The notes: generated from the letters alone by a model not told the origin. A stretch of DNA of 64,000 nt from Bacteroidota bacterium (GCA_038528235.1 JBCBEX010000002.1:44914-108913); one strand, 5' to 3'. Positions 25,329-36,335 are shown, numbered from the stretch's first letter. Numbers and translations: made by a program.

Positions 25329-26356
25329 CGCGCCCCACCCCGCCGGTGCGCCGCCTCGACCCAACCGCCGCGCACCGCCCCGACCTGACCGACGTGTCGC
25401 CTGACGAACAGGCTGCGCTGGACCGTACCTGGGATCTCCTCGATAGGGCCCCCAGCGGTACGTCCTCCGCGGACACAGACGCGGCATGGAACGCGCTGGC
25501 CGGGCGCCTCGCGCTGCCCTGCGACACCGCCGTCCAGCCCGCTCCGGCTCGACGGTCCATCCCGTCCACACGCCGCCGCCGTGCGCGTTGGCCTGTGGCG
25601 CTTGGCGTTCCAGCCGTGGCCCTGCTCGCGGTGCTCGCGCTCGTATGGCCCCGCCCCGTCACGCATGTGGCGCCTTTCGGCGCTCAGCACACCGTCACGC
25701 TGCCTGACGGCTCGACGGTGCATCTCAACAGCGGCGCTCAGGTGACGCACACCCGCGGCTTCGACCGCCTGCCCTTCCTGGCGGCTCCGACCCGCACCGT
25801 CCAACTCCGGGGCGAGGCCTTCTTCGACGTGGTGGACGCCGCGACTGCCGACGGGCGTCCCTTCGTCGTGGAGACGTTCAACGCTCGGGTCGAGGTCGTA
25901 GGTACGCAGTTCAACGTGCGCGCCTGGCCCACCGAGGCGAACGCACAGACCACGGTAACGGTCGAGGAGGGCGTTGTGAACGTGGCTCCGACCTCGCCGG
26001 ACCCTGAAGCTGCCCCCTCCGACGGCATCCGGTTGACCGTGGGCGACGAAGCGATGGTAGGTCGCGGCAGTGCCGTCGTGCAGACCGAGGCGGCTTCGGT
26101 GGAACAGGCGACGGCCTGGCGCCGCGCTGGCCTGGCTTTCCGAGGCGTCCCCCTCACCGCCGTCGCGTCCGAGCTAGAACGGCGCTACGCGACCGTGCTC
26201 CGCCTCGACACGAATGTGGCCACGGAGACGCCGCTGTTCTACTACCAGCCCGCGCCCGGCTCGCTTACGGCCGTGCTCGACGACCTGGGTCGCGCACGCG
26301 GCTTCCAGTACCGCGCCACGAGCGACGGCTACCACCTCTTCGCCGCCACCGACTGA
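25325..26356 (+). CDS. FecR-family anti-sigma factor
   Basis: ATGA overlap with the sigma factor stop. Central TM segment (WPVALGVPAVALLAVLALVW) followed by a FecR-like periplasmic domain. Confidence 0.8.
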   Translation: MTRPTPPVRRLDPTAAHRPDLTDVSPDEQAALDRTWDLLDRAPSGTSSADTDAAWNALAGRLALPCDTAVQPAPARRSIPSTRRRRARWPVALGVPAVALLAVLALVWPRPVTHVAPFGAQHTVTLPDGSTVHLNSGAQVTHTRGFDRLPFLAAPTRTVQLRGEAFFDVVDAATADGRPFVVETFNARVEVVGTQFNVRAWPTEANAQTTVTVEEGVVNVAPTSPDPEAAPSDGIRLTVGDEAMVGRGSAVVQTEAASVEQATAWRRAGLAFRGVPLTAVASELERRYATVLRLDTNVATETPLFYYQPAPGSLTAVLDDLGRARGFQYRATSDGYHLFAATD

Positions 26357-26470
26357 TGGGCGACGGGCCGTTCTTCTCAGGGGCGGAGGCCGCCCTCTGG
26401 GGGAACGCCTGATTGAAGGCAGCCGTCTCCCCTGCCTATCCTGGGAGTCCACCTCTCTAACGCCGTTCCC

Positions 26471-29299
26471 ATGCGCTATCGCACCCCCACACACTCCCCG
26501 GTGGTTGGCTCCGCCTGGTCCCTGTGGTGCTGTGCGGTGTCGGTGTTCCTGATGGCGCTCTCCAGTCCTGCGTATGCCCAGGACGCTGACGCAGAGCCCC
26601 GTTACACCCTGATGCTCCGCGGCGTCCCCGCCAACGAGGCGCTTGAGGTGCTGGTCGAGGAAACGGGGCTCAGCCTGCTCTACGAAAGCGGCCTGGTCCC
26701 CTCTGATCCAGTCTTCTGCGCGATGCGCAGCCAGCCCGCCGAGACGATGCTGCGCTGCATCGTGGACGCGATGGACATCGACTTCTACCGCCTCAGTTCG
26801 GGCACCTACGTGCTCACGCAGCGCGTGGAAGCGGCGACCCGCTACGGAGCCTTCGCCGGTGAAGTCGTCGATGCCGAGACGGGCGCGCCGCTTCCCTATG
26901 CCACAGTGCTTCTCGCCGATGCCACAGGCACCGCGACCGATGCGGATGGACGCTTTGCGCTCGCCTCGCTGGTGGCCGGTCCCTACCGCGTCGCCGCCTC
27001 CTATGTTGGTTACGAGGCCATCGAAGACAGCGTGCTGGTGGAGCCAGGCACCCAGGTCCGCCGTCGCCTCGCGCTTCGCCGGACGACGGCGCAGGCTGCC
27101 CCGGTGGTGGTAAACGGCCTCCAACAGCGTCTCCCGTCATCGCTGCTCGGCAGCGGCGAGGTTGCCCTGAGCGACGCGCCGGACGCGCCTCCAGCCGAGG
27201 ACCCGCTCACCCAGGCCGCCTCCGTGCTCGGCGTGACGCAATCGCCTGCCTTCGCCGATCTGCACATCCAGGGCGGCGAAGCGGGCGAGCATCAGATTCT
27301 CCTTGACGGCATCCCTGTCTTCCGCCCGATCGCGCTCGGGCGCATGCTAGGCGCCTTCAGCCCGCTTGCCCTCGGGCGTCTGAGCGTGCAGAAGGCGGGG
27401 TTCGGCGCTTCGCATGGCAGCTACACGGCCGGCGTCATCCAGGCCGAGCATGCCCTGGGCATGAACGCAGGCCCCGGTCTGGACGCGGCGCTTCTCACCG
27501 ACCAACTCAGCACGAGCGCCCGGCTCGATGCCCCGGTGCGGATCGGCAAGGCGACCGGTCGCGCGATGGTGGCGGCCCGGACGAGCCTCTGGGACGTCTT
27601 CCGCGACCCGATGCTCGACCAGACGCTACGCGACTGGAACGTCATCGACCCCGTCTTCACGCGCGACCTCCTCGGCGGCGTCGCGCCGGTCAGCGGTTAC
27701 GAGGCCCACCGCCACGGCTCCGACCTCCGCTTCAGCGACCTCCACGCGGCGGGCCGCCTACGCGTCTCGCCGTTTACGACGCTCCATGCCACGGGCTACA
27801 TCGGCCAGAGCGAGATCGGCACCGAACTGTTCGCGGGCAACTTCGCCGGAGAGGCTGGCGGCGACGACCCGCTGCTCATGCTCACGCGCGACCGCTACCG
27901 CTGGACTAACGCGGGCGGGCGACTGCGGGCGACGGCGCTGCTCGGTGCTCGCACCGCTCTCGACGTGGGCGTGCGCGTCAGTGTGCACGACCTCCACCAC
28001 GCCTACGCAATGGGCGCGGCCACCCTTCCCGAGGTCGAGGACACGCCGACGGCCGAGTCCCGGCTCCGCGACCAGCTCAACGCAACCGAGACAGCCGACG
28101 ACGACAACCTCGTGAACGAGTGGGCAGGCGAGGCACGAGCCACGTACAGCCTTACCCCGGCCCACCTCCTCGAAGGCGGCCTGGAGGTGGCTCGGATCGC
28201 CCACCGCTTCCGGCTAGGGGGCGGCAACGGCCTGGGCCTGAACCCGCTAAGCCTGGATGACGCGCAGTGGCGTATCGCCGGGTTCGCCACGCACCACTGG
28301 ACCCTTGGCGTGCGGACGGTGATCGAGCCCGGCCTCCGCGTGACCTACGTCCCAGATCGCCAGACGGCGTATGCCGAACCGCGTCTGAGCATCCGCCACG
28401 ACTTCGCAGAGGGACCGATCACTGCGGTTCGCCTCGCGGGCGGCCTCTACCGGCAGTTCGTGGGGCAGTACGACCTGAGCAACCTCGGTCCGAGCGCGCT
28501 GGCCCCCTCTGTACGTTTCTGGATCCCCGTAGGCCGCGGCATCGCCCCCCCGCGCACCTACCAGGCCGCCCTCGATGTGCTCGCCACGCCGCATCCAGCG
28601 TGGACCCTACAGGCCGAGGGCTATGCTAAGTGGCAACCCCTCCTCCACGCCCTCGACTACGATGCGCTCGTGCAGCACGCCGCTGAAGACACCGCGATGG
28701 AGACAATGACGCAGGCCGACCTGCTCGAAGAGGGCGAGGGCTATGCCTACGGTGTTGCTGTGCGCCTGACGCATGCGCACGACCGCGGCACGACCTCGGT
28801 GAGCTACGGCTATGATGTCGCTCAGCGCCGCCTGCCCAGCCGCTTCGACGGGCGCTATGTGCAGGCCCCCTGGAACGAGCCGCACCGCCTGACCGCCCGC
28901 GCAGACCTCCGCGTGGCAGGCCCCTGGCAGGCGCACGGGCGCTGGCGGACCGTGCTCGGCCGCGCATGGGGCTACCGCCAAGCCTACTACGACTTCTTCG
29001 AGGACGCCCCGCTCGGGACCTTTGCCTTCGACACCCCGTCAGACGACACGGTCCCCGCGCACCACGAACTCGACCTCGGCGTTAGCTTCACGCACGCCTT
29101 CGGCGCCGTCCGGCTCGGCACCCCGACGATCGCCGCCCGCGTGGACGTACTCAACGTGCTCGACCGCGACAACGTCCTCGACTGGAGCCTCCAAGGCTCC
29201 GAGGCGGCAGCGGGAACCTCCAACGGTACTTCCTACGTGCCATTGACCCGGTACCTCCCCGGCCGCAGCGTACGCCTGAGCCTCCAGCTCCGCCTCTAG
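26471..29299 (+). CDS. TonB-dependent receptor with N-terminal STN signalling and CarboxypepD_reg-like domains
   Basis: Signal peptide, an STN-like segment (LRGVPANEALEVLVEETGLSLLYES), GEVVDAETGAPLPYATVLL...DADGRF, then a plug and a long beta-barrel. Confidence 0.8.
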   Translation: MRYRTPTHSPVVGSAWSLWCCAVSVFLMALSSPAYAQDADAEPRYTLMLRGVPANEALEVLVEETGLSLLYESGLVPSDPVFCAMRSQPAETMLRCIVDAMDIDFYRLSSGTYVLTQRVEAATRYGAFAGEVVDAETGAPLPYATVLLADATGTATDADGRFALASLVAGPYRVAASYVGYEAIEDSVLVEPGTQVRRRLALRRTTAQAAPVVVNGLQQRLPSSLLGSGEVALSDAPDAPPAEDPLTQAASVLGVTQSPAFADLHIQGGEAGEHQILLDGIPVFRPIALGRMLGAFSPLALGRLSVQKAGFGASHGSYTAGVIQAEHALGMNAGPGLDAALLTDQLSTSARLDAPVRIGKATGRAMVAARTSLWDVFRDPMLDQTLRDWNVIDPVFTRDLLGGVAPVSGYEAHRHGSDLRFSDLHAAGRLRVSPFTTLHATGYIGQSEIGTELFAGNFAGEAGGDDPLLMLTRDRYRWTNAGGRLRATALLGARTALDVGVRVSVHDLHHAYAMGAATLPEVEDTPTAESRLRDQLNATETADDDNLVNEWAGEARATYSLTPAHLLEGGLEVARIAHRFRLGGGNGLGLNPLSLDDAQWRIAGFATHHWTLGVRTVIEPGLRVTYVPDRQTAYAEPRLSIRHDFAEGPITAVRLAGGLYRQFVGQYDLSNLGPSALAPSVRFWIPVGRGIAPPRTYQAALDVLATPHPAWTLQAEGYAKWQPLLHALDYDALVQHAAEDTAMETMTQADLLEEGEGYAYGVAVRLTHAHDRGTTSVSYGYDVAQRRLPSRFDGRYVQAPWNEPHRLTARADLRVAGPWQAHGRWRTVLGRAWGYRQAYYDFFEDAPLGTFAFDTPSDDTVPAHHELDLGVSFTHAFGAVRLGTPTIAARVDVLNVLDRDNVLDWSLQGSEAAAGTSNGTSYVPLTRYLPGRSVRLSLQLRL

Positions 29300-29475
29300 C
29301 ACCTCTCCCCCGTTCCCTGCTCCTCACGGGAATCTAGCCGTCTATCGGTTTCGAATCTGGCGCGCAGGGCGTATCCTCTGCGCTTCTCCCACGCCTCGGC
29401 GTACCTTTGGTGTTGCGACCTCCCCTCTTGCTCCTCTGCACACCAGTCTCTTTCTGACCACCCACACTTCCTGCC

Positions 29476-31242
29476 ATGCTGACTCGCCTCACCTCCCTGT
29501 TTCTCCTCCTCGCTCTAGCTGTTGCTTGGGTCGGGTGCGACGGTACCGATGAAGAAGTCGAGCCTGCCGACATCCAGCCCCTCGGCCAGTTCATTGCCGA
29601 GAGCGTCCGTCTGAACACGCTGGAAGCCGCGCTGCGCACGGCTGGCCTGCTCAACGACGACAACTCGACGCCGCTGAACAACGTCACGATCTTCGCGCCT
29701 GAGGACGCGGCGTTCGCCTCGCTGAATGCCCTCACGGCTGCCGGCGACGGAGGCTTCGTGGATGCCCTCCTCGCTGACGAGGCCGCCCTCACGTCCATCC
29801 TGCAGTACCACGTCGTCGAGGGTCGCATCCTCAGCAGCGACCTCCAAGACGGCCAGACCGTGACAACGCTGGCCGGTGAGCAGCTCACCATTCGCGAGGT
29901 CAACGGCTCCTTCTTCGTGGACGGCGCGCCCATCACGCTCCCCGATGCAGAGCTTCCCGACGCCGTCGTGCACCGCATTGGCAAGGTGCTCACCGGCTCG
30001 CTCAACGTCGTCGAGTTCGCGCTGCTCAGCCCGAACTTCTCCACGCTTGTCACCGCCCTCGCCAACACCGGCGAGTCGGACGACGCGGGCGATGACGACC
30101 TTGTGACGACGCTATCTGGCGCTGGCCCCTTCACGGTCTTCGCGCCGTCGAATGCGGCCTTTGGCACGCTGCCCTTCGCCACGGACTCGCTCCTCGTGGA
30201 CGCTCGTCGCCCAACGCTGTCGAACGTTCTCACGTACCATGTTGTCCCGGGCGTTGTCTTCTCGGACGAGCTTCCTGAGACGGCCAACACCGTGCGTGGG
30301 GTCGAGGTCACCTTCGACGGAGCTACCGTGGACGAGATCGCCATCTCTGCGACTGACTTCCGGCTCTCCAACGGTATCCTCCACGTTATTGACGGCGTTC
30401 TCCTGGGTGGCACGACCATCGCCCAGCAGGCAGAGATCAACCCGACGCTTGCGCCACTAGGCAACGCTCTTATTGAGGCTGGCCTGTTCGAGACGTTCAA
30501 CGGCACTGACCAGTTCACAGTGTTTGCCCCCGCGAACACAGCGTTCGTGGACACCGAGAACGGCGATGCCGAGCGCGTGCAGATCGCCGATGCTTCTGAG
30601 GCGGGTTTGCTCGGCCCGATTCTCCAGTACCACGTGGTGGAGGGTCGCGTTTTCTCGCGCGATCTCTCCAATGGTCAGATGGTAACTACGCTGACAGGTG
30701 AGACAGCTGAGATTACGATCGAGGCGGGCACTGTTAACATCAACGGAGCCTCGGTGACCGCACCCAACCTCCGTGCGTCCAACGGCGTAGTCCACGTCAT
30801 TGACGAGGTACTGCTCAGCCAGCTGAACGTCGTGGAGCGGGCTATTGTGACTCCGGGCCTGGATGCCCTCGTCAGTGCCGTTGTGGATGCCGGGCTTGCT
30901 GACGCGCTGGCCAACACGCCGGGCATCACGGTCTTCGCTCCCGACGACGCAGCCTTTGATGGCGGCGGAGCTACCAGCGACGTCCTGCTCTACCACGTCG
31001 CCCCTGCGCAGGGAGACGGCAGCCCGATCTTCTCTTCGGAGATTACAGACGGCCTTACATCACCCACCCTCCTTGATGGGCAGTCGCTCACCTTCACGTT
31101 CGGAGAGGTAGCGGGCAATATGGTCATCTTGATCAACGCCGACGGCGACGACGAAGACGACGATGACCCACGGGTTCTCATCGCAGATGTGGAAACGTCC
31201 AACGGTGTGGTCCACGTCATCAATCAGGTACTGATGCCGTGA
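29476..31242 (+). CDS. fasciclin (FAS1) repeat lipoprotein, four domains
   Basis: Lipobox LALAVAWVGC. Four repeats of the FAS1 signature (TIFAPxDAAF ... YHVV ... NGVVHVID). Confidence 0.85.
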   Translation: MLTRLTSLFLLLALAVAWVGCDGTDEEVEPADIQPLGQFIAESVRLNTLEAALRTAGLLNDDNSTPLNNVTIFAPEDAAFASLNALTAAGDGGFVDALLADEAALTSILQYHVVEGRILSSDLQDGQTVTTLAGEQLTIREVNGSFFVDGAPITLPDAELPDAVVHRIGKVLTGSLNVVEFALLSPNFSTLVTALANTGESDDAGDDDLVTTLSGAGPFTVFAPSNAAFGTLPFATDSLLVDARRPTLSNVLTYHVVPGVVFSDELPETANTVRGVEVTFDGATVDEIAISATDFRLSNGILHVIDGVLLGGTTIAQQAEINPTLAPLGNALIEAGLFETFNGTDQFTVFAPANTAFVDTENGDAERVQIADASEAGLLGPILQYHVVEGRVFSRDLSNGQMVTTLTGETAEITIEAGTVNINGASVTAPNLRASNGVVHVIDEVLLSQLNVVERAIVTPGLDALVSAVVDAGLADALANTPGITVFAPDDAAFDGGGATSDVLLYHVAPAQGDGSPIFSSEITDGLTSPTLLDGQSLTFTFGEVAGNMVILINADGDDEDDDDPRVLIADVETSNGVVHVINQVLMP

Positions 31243-31267
31243 CGTGAGTCCAGCTCTCAGCTCGGTC

Positions 31268-31302
31268 AAGCGGGGTGTCCACACGGGCACCCCGCTTTTT
31301 TT
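31268..31302 (+). terminator. rho-independent terminator
   Basis: AAGCGGGGTG-loop-CACCCCGCTT followed by a T-run, 26 nt after the fasciclin stop. Confidence 0.8.
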
Positions 31303-31418
31303 ACGGCGATGTGGTACCGTTTCCACCTGCACTTTTTCCGGCGCGGAGTGTGGGAGTTCGAGCCGCCGCTGTACCTTGCACCGATTGCTCGTCTCGCCTC
31401 TCTAGCCCCTCGGTATTC

Positions 31419-32360
31419 ATGTCGCGGCTGTTGCTCCTCGCTCTTGCTCTCTCCCTCATCGGCTTCGTCGGCTGTGATACCGAGGACGAGGACCCGGCCC
31501 CGCAGGCGCAGACGAACCTCGCCGATATGCTGACGGTGAACTCCGCATTTTCTACGCTTGAAGCGGCACTCGGCGCGGCTGGCCTGACCGACGCGCTCCA
31601 GGCCGACGGCGAGTTCACTCTCTTCGCACCCGACAACGACGCCTTTTCAGCGCTGAACCGGGCTACCTCGGCCCCGCCTTCCGAGACGGTACCGCTCAAC
31701 GGCTTGGTGAGCACGCTTCTGCTTCCAGCCAACGTGGATACCCTCGCGTCGGTCCTCACCTACCACGTGGTGCCCAGCCGGGTTGAGGCCGCCGACCTGA
31801 GCGACGGCCAGACTCTGAACACGCTCGAAGGGAAGACGCTCACCGTGCGCCGCGTAGGCAGCGACTTCTTCGTCGAGGGCGCACGTATCACAGACACGGA
31901 CGCGCCTGCGACGAATGGTATCCTACACCGGATCGAGAGCGTCCTCCCCGGGGCTGTTGACCTCGTAGGCTTTGCGAGCCTCTCGCCCGAGCTCAGCACG
32001 CTCGCCACGGCTCTTGACGATGCGGGCCTTGTCGATGACCTCCAGGCAGCCGGGCCGTTCACGGTCTTCGCGCCCACCAACGCCGCCTTCGACGCGCTGG
32101 ACGCGGTCCCCGAAGGTGACGCCCTCGCGTCGGTGCTGACCTACCACGTGGTCCCCAGCGCAGTGTATGCCTCCGCGCTGCAGGACGGCGGCACAGTCAT
32201 GACGCTCCAGGGGCAGTCTCTCACCTTCACCTTCGAAACGGACGAGGAGACCGGCGACGTGAGCGTGTTTGTCAACGATGTCCCCATCCTCGCCACCGAC
32301 TTTGCTGCCGACAACGGCATCGTCCACGTGATCGGCGGCGTGCTCCTTCCTGCTGAATAA
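31419..32360 (+). CDS. fasciclin (FAS1) repeat lipoprotein, two domains
   Basis: The internal ATG at 31419 gives MSRLLLLALALSLIGFVGC. Two FAS1 signatures are present. Confidence 0.85.
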   Translation: MSRLLLLALALSLIGFVGCDTEDEDPAPQAQTNLADMLTVNSAFSTLEAALGAAGLTDALQADGEFTLFAPDNDAFSALNRATSAPPSETVPLNGLVSTLLLPANVDTLASVLTYHVVPSRVEAADLSDGQTLNTLEGKTLTVRRVGSDFFVEGARITDTDAPATNGILHRIESVLPGAVDLVGFASLSPELSTLATALDDAGLVDDLQAAGPFTVFAPTNAAFDALDAVPEGDALASVLTYHVVPSAVYASALQDGGTVMTLQGQSLTFTFETDEETGDVSVFVNDVPILATDFAADNGIVHVIGGVLLPAE

Positions 32361-32398
32361 GCACGCGCCGCACGCACCGATTGCCCGAGGGGCCGCGC

Positions 32399-33409
32399 AT
32401 GCTGAACTACATCTGGGTCGGGCTGATCGTCACGAGCTTCGCGTTCGCGCTCACGTCGGACGTGACGGACTTCACGCGCGACACCTACCGCAACGGCACC
32501 CCGCTGCCCGTCGCGCTGGAGTTCGACGCGGCCTACGACTCGGAGGCCCGCCGACAACCCGCTAGGGTACGCATTGATGGGGAGACCTACGGCGCGTTCT
32601 TCAACACCGATGCGCGCCCTGCCGACGCCTACGACGCCACGCTCATCCGCACCGCCGAGGGCGTCCAGCTTCGCCTCGACGCCGACGCCGACCTCCCGCA
32701 CCCGCTCGGCACGATCCGCGACGTCACCAACCCACGCACGGGGCAGCTGCAAGGCGTCCTGAGCGCCCTCGCTGCCGACTCGGCGGGCATCGCCGCCACG
32801 ACCACGGTACGCTTTGAGCCGGTGCGCTTCGTCAAGATGAACGCGATCAGCCAGGCCGCCCTCGACTTTGCGGAGACGGCGGCGAGCATCGCGCTCGGTC
32901 TGATCGGCGTGCTGGCGCTGTTTCTCGGACTCCTGCGCATCGCCGAGGCCGCGGGTGTGATCCAGGCCATCGGGCGCGTCGTGGAGCCGGTGCTGCGCCC
33001 GCTCTTCCCCGAGATCCCAAAGGGCCACCCTGCCTTCTCGATGATCGTGCTCAACCTCTCAGCGAACGTCTTCGGCCTCGGCAACGCGGCCACGCCGTTC
33101 GGCATCAAGGCGATGGAAGAGTTGCAGACGCTCAACCCGACGGAGGACACCGCCACCAACCCGATGGTGATGCTCCTGGCGATGAACACGGCGAGCGTGC
33201 AACTCGTCCCGCCGGTGCTGCTGCTCGCGCTGATGGGCCTGCAGATCAACCAGCTCATTTTCGCCATCATCCTCGCGACGGGCATCTCGCTCGTGGTGGC
33301 GATCACGGCGGCGAAGCTGTTTTCGCGGCTTCCTGTGTTCCGCGCCTCCGACCCAAACCGGCTGGATGCAACCAGGCCGGACACGCCCACTTCGCCGTCG
33401 GAGGGCTAG
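32399..33409 (+). CDS. nucleoside-recognition-domain membrane protein (SpmA-like)
   Basis: MLNYIWVGLIVTSFAFAL start, multi-TM, adjacent to an SpmB-like gene. Confidence 0.7.
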   Translation: MLNYIWVGLIVTSFAFALTSDVTDFTRDTYRNGTPLPVALEFDAAYDSEARRQPARVRIDGETYGAFFNTDARPADAYDATLIRTAEGVQLRLDADADLPHPLGTIRDVTNPRTGQLQGVLSALAADSAGIAATTTVRFEPVRFVKMNAISQAALDFAETAASIALGLIGVLALFLGLLRIAEAAGVIQAIGRVVEPVLRPLFPEIPKGHPAFSMIVLNLSANVFGLGNAATPFGIKAMEELQTLNPTEDTATNPMVMLLAMNTASVQLVPPVLLLALMGLQINQLIFAIILATGISLVVAITAAKLFSRLPVFRASDPNRLDATRPDTPTSPSEG

Positions 33410-33952
33410 ATGGAGACGTTCCGCGAGATCATCAGCTTCGCCTCGGCCTTCGTGCTGCCGGCCATCCTCGTGGGCTTCCCGCTCTACGGGCTCTACAAGC
33501 GCGTGCCTGTCTACGAGACATTCGTGGACGGTGCCAAGGAGGGCTTTAACGTGGCCGTGCGAATCATCCCCTACCTCGTCGCGATTCTGTTTGCCATCGC
33601 CATGTTCCGGGCGTCGGGCGCGATGGACTTCCTGATCGCGGGGCTGCGCCCACTGCTCGGTGCCATCAGCATCCCTGCGGAGGTGCTCCCGATGGCGATC
33701 CTCCGGCCGCTCACAGGCTCCGGCTCGGCCGCCATCGTGGTGGACATGATCAATGTCTACGGCGAGGACTCCATCCTTGTGAAGATGGCCGCCACGATGT
33801 TCGGCTCGACGGAGACGACGTTCTACGTGATCGCGGTCTACTTCGGCGCCGTCGGCGTCAAGAAGACACGCCATGCGGTCGCCGCGGGTCTCTTGGCTGA
33901 CCTCGTGGGGCTCATCTCTGCGGTCTATATCGTGCGCTGGCTCTTTGGATAA
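33410..33952 (+). CDS. spore-maturation-protein-B-like membrane protein (SpmB family)
   Basis: METFREIISFASAFVLPAIL...RPLTGSGSAAIV pattern. It starts immediately after the SpmA-like stop. Confidence 0.7.
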   Translation: METFREIISFASAFVLPAILVGFPLYGLYKRVPVYETFVDGAKEGFNVAVRIIPYLVAILFAIAMFRASGAMDFLIAGLRPLLGAISIPAEVLPMAILRPLTGSGSAAIVVDMINVYGEDSILVKMAATMFGSTETTFYVIAVYFGAVGVKKTRHAVAAGLLADLVGLISAVYIVRWLFG

Positions 33953-34046
33953 CGACACGCGGGTCAGCCACGACCGAGGTTAGATTCGCGTGAGGTTAGC
34001 CGGGGCGTGCGTCGCGTATTTTGGCAGTAGACCCACTGCCCCACCG

Positions 34047-34694
34047 ATGCTGACCCGCCGTTCCCGTTCTGCCCGCGCTCTCCCGTCGAGCAACGAGGAG
34101 TGGCTCGCGGCCCTGGACGACGACCGCCGTCGTGATGCCGCGCTCGCGGCGCTGCGCCCCGTTCTCGTCCGGGGCCTCCGTGCGGCGCTCGCCCGCCGCG
34201 TCCCGGCGCAGGCACACGCGCTCGCCGAGGACTTCGCGCAGGAAGCGCTGCTGCAGATCCTCGACAAGCGCGACACGTTTCGCGGCGACGCCCGCTTCAC
34301 AACCTGGGCGCAGAAGATCGCCGTCCGACTCGCGCTCTCCGAACTGCGGCGCAAGCGATGGGAGAACGTCTCGTTCGAGGACCTGCTCCCCGACGGCAGC
34401 CGCGCCGACGACCGCCTCGGCGCCTTCGCCGACGACGCGCCCGACCCCGAACGCTCGACTGAGCAGCAGCAGCTCGTGGACGCCGTCGTCGCGGCCATCG
34501 ACGAGACGCTGACGGAGCGGCAACGGACGGCGATGCAGTTGCTCGTCTTCCACGGCGTCCCGATGGATGTGGCTGCCGAACGACTCGGCACCAACCGGAA
34601 CGCGCTCTACAAGCTGGTGCACGACGCCCGCAAGAAGCTGCGCATCGAGTTGGCGGCTCGGGGGATTCCGCTCGAAGAGCTCGGCGACCTGTAG
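34047..34694 (+). CDS. ECF/sigma-70 family sigma factor
   Basis: Region 2 (DFAQEALLQILDKRDTFRGDARFTTWAQKIA) and region 4 (LTERQRTAMQLLVFHGVPMDVAAERLGTNRNALYKLVHDARKKL) are present. Confidence 0.75.
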   Translation: MLTRRSRSARALPSSNEEWLAALDDDRRRDAALAALRPVLVRGLRAALARRVPAQAHALAEDFAQEALLQILDKRDTFRGDARFTTWAQKIAVRLALSELRRKRWENVSFEDLLPDGSRADDRLGAFADDAPDPERSTEQQQLVDAVVAAIDETLTERQRTAMQLLVFHGVPMDVAAERLGTNRNALYKLVHDARKKLRIELAARGIPLEELGDL

Positions 34695-34769
34695 CGCGGG
34701 GCGTACCTTGGAATCGCCCAATTCGTTCGGGGCGCCCATTTTTTCTGGGGCGTAAGACCCGGCGGCCTC

Positions 34770-35045
34770 GTGCCGTCTGACGGTCCTTCCATCCCAGCCG
34801 TCGCGCCTATCGTGATGACCGATACTGCCCTCCAACACCTCGCTTCGTTCCTCGCACCCGAGATCGACCCTGAGCTCACCTGCGGGGAGTGCAATGCCCA
34901 GGCCGGGCGCTATGCCGAGCTTGTGCAGCGCGGGCAGGACCCCGCATCCGTCCTCCCCCTCGTCCAGGAACACCTGGACCATTGCCCCGAGTGCATGGAG
35001 GAGTTCCAGGCCCTCATCGACTCGATCATGGCCAACGCTTCGTGA
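34770..35045 (+). CDS. putative zinc-finger anti-sigma factor
   Basis: Cys/His motifs CGEC...HLDHCPEC, immediately downstream of the sigma factor. GTG start at 34770 or ATG at 34815. Confidence 0.5.
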   Translation: MPSDGPSIPAVAPIVMTDTALQHLASFLAPEIDPELTCGECNAQAGRYAELVQRGQDPASVLPLVQEHLDHCPECMEEFQALIDSIMANAS

Positions 35046-35069
35046 GCGCTCTCAGCGATCGCCTCTGTT

Positions 35070-36335
35070 CTAGACCAGCCGGTCGCCGATGAGCGTGTCC
35101 AGGCGGTGGAGGGCGATGCGGAGGCGCTGCGTGACCTCGGAGGTCGGCGCGCCCTGGCGCTTGGGGTCGAGGCCGATGTTGGCCCAGAGGTCGCGGTGCA
35201 GGTCGTTGATCACCTCGTCGCGGAGCCGGAGGCCGTGCGGGGCAAGCGCGGCGCTGATCTCCTCGCGGCGCTCGCGGATGTTGGCTAGCGTCGAGCGGTA
35301 GGCGTGCTCACACACCGTGCGGCGCTGGCTGAACGAGAAGATGTTGGTGAAGAACATCTGCGTGTCGTCGCGGCGCGGCTCGAAGAGCAGCACGTCCCGT
35401 CCGGCATATCGGTCCTCGTAGGCCGCCAGCCCGACGTTGAGTCGCGAGTGGACGAGCGTGCGCAGCGTCTGCGACATCACCGCCGGCATCCCGAGGTCCA
35501 CGAGGCGACCCGGGCGGATGAAGCCCTCGTGCCGCGCAGCAGCTAGGTCCACTGGCACGATCGGGTTGACGCAGAGCACGAGGTCGGCACCCTTCTCCAG
35601 CGCCACCGAGGCATGCATCGTCTTGAGGAGGACCCCATCGACGTAGTAGTTGCCCTCGATCTCGACGGGCGGATAGAGTCCAGGCAACGCTGTCGAAGCC
35701 TGCACCGCGCGGGCGATCGGGACGTGGTCCAGCCCTGGCTCCCCGAAACGCACCGCCTCGCCCGAATCGAGGTCGGCCGCGACGATGTAGAGCTGTTGCC
35801 GGAGCCGCCGAAAGTCATTGGTGCGGCCGTCTTTCTTGAAGACACGCTCCAAGAACGCCCGGAGCGGGTCGTTGGCAAACAACCCGACCGGGACCGCGCG
35901 CGTGAGCCGGTCGATAAACGTGCCGACGACGCGCAGGTCGGTGGGATTGCGCGCCACATCCTTGAACGCATCGAAGAGCAAGCCGGGGACGCTGAGGCCG
36001 CGCTTGAGGAACTCGCCGAACGCGGGCATGAGGAAGCGCTCGGGCTGAAACGGGTGCTCGCCCGGGTCCGTCGTGACGATGCTGCGGCAGAGCTGCGAGG
36101 TCGTCAGCCCATTGGCGAGGCACGACGCCACGAACGCGCCCGCCGAGACGCCGACGTAGATCGGCACGCGGGTGAAGTCGAGCCCCTCGATGGCTTCGTC
36201 GAGGGCGCGGAGGGTGCCGATCTCGTAGATGGCTCCCTCGCCGCCGCCCCCCGCGAGCGCGAGCGCGATGGTGCTGCCAGGGCGCGAGGTCGTAGCATGG
36301 CCGTTCGGAGCGGCCCCGTTGGAGGTCGTGGGCAT
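35070..36335 (-). CDS. patatin-like phospholipase
   Basis: Oxyanion motif LAGGGGEGA, nucleophile GVSAGA, and a later DG-containing block. Confidence 0.8.
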   Translation of the reverse strand: MPTTSNGAAPNGHATTSRPGSTIALALAGGGGEGAIYEIGTLRALDEAIEGLDFTRVPIYVGVSAGAFVASCLANGLTTSQLCRSIVTTDPGEHPFQPERFLMPAFGEFLKRGLSVPGLLFDAFKDVARNPTDLRVVGTFIDRLTRAVPVGLFANDPLRAFLERVFKKDGRTNDFRRLRQQLYIVAADLDSGEAVRFGEPGLDHVPIARAVQASTALPGLYPPVEIEGNYYVDGVLLKTMHASVALEKGADLVLCVNPIVPVDLAAARHEGFIRPGRLVDLGMPAVMSQTLRTLVHSRLNVGLAAYEDRYAGRDVLLFEPRRDDTQMFFTNIFSFSQRRTVCEHAYRSTLANIRERREEISAALAPHGLRLRDEVINDLHRDLWANIGLDPKRQGAPTSEVTQRLRIALHRLDTLIGDRLV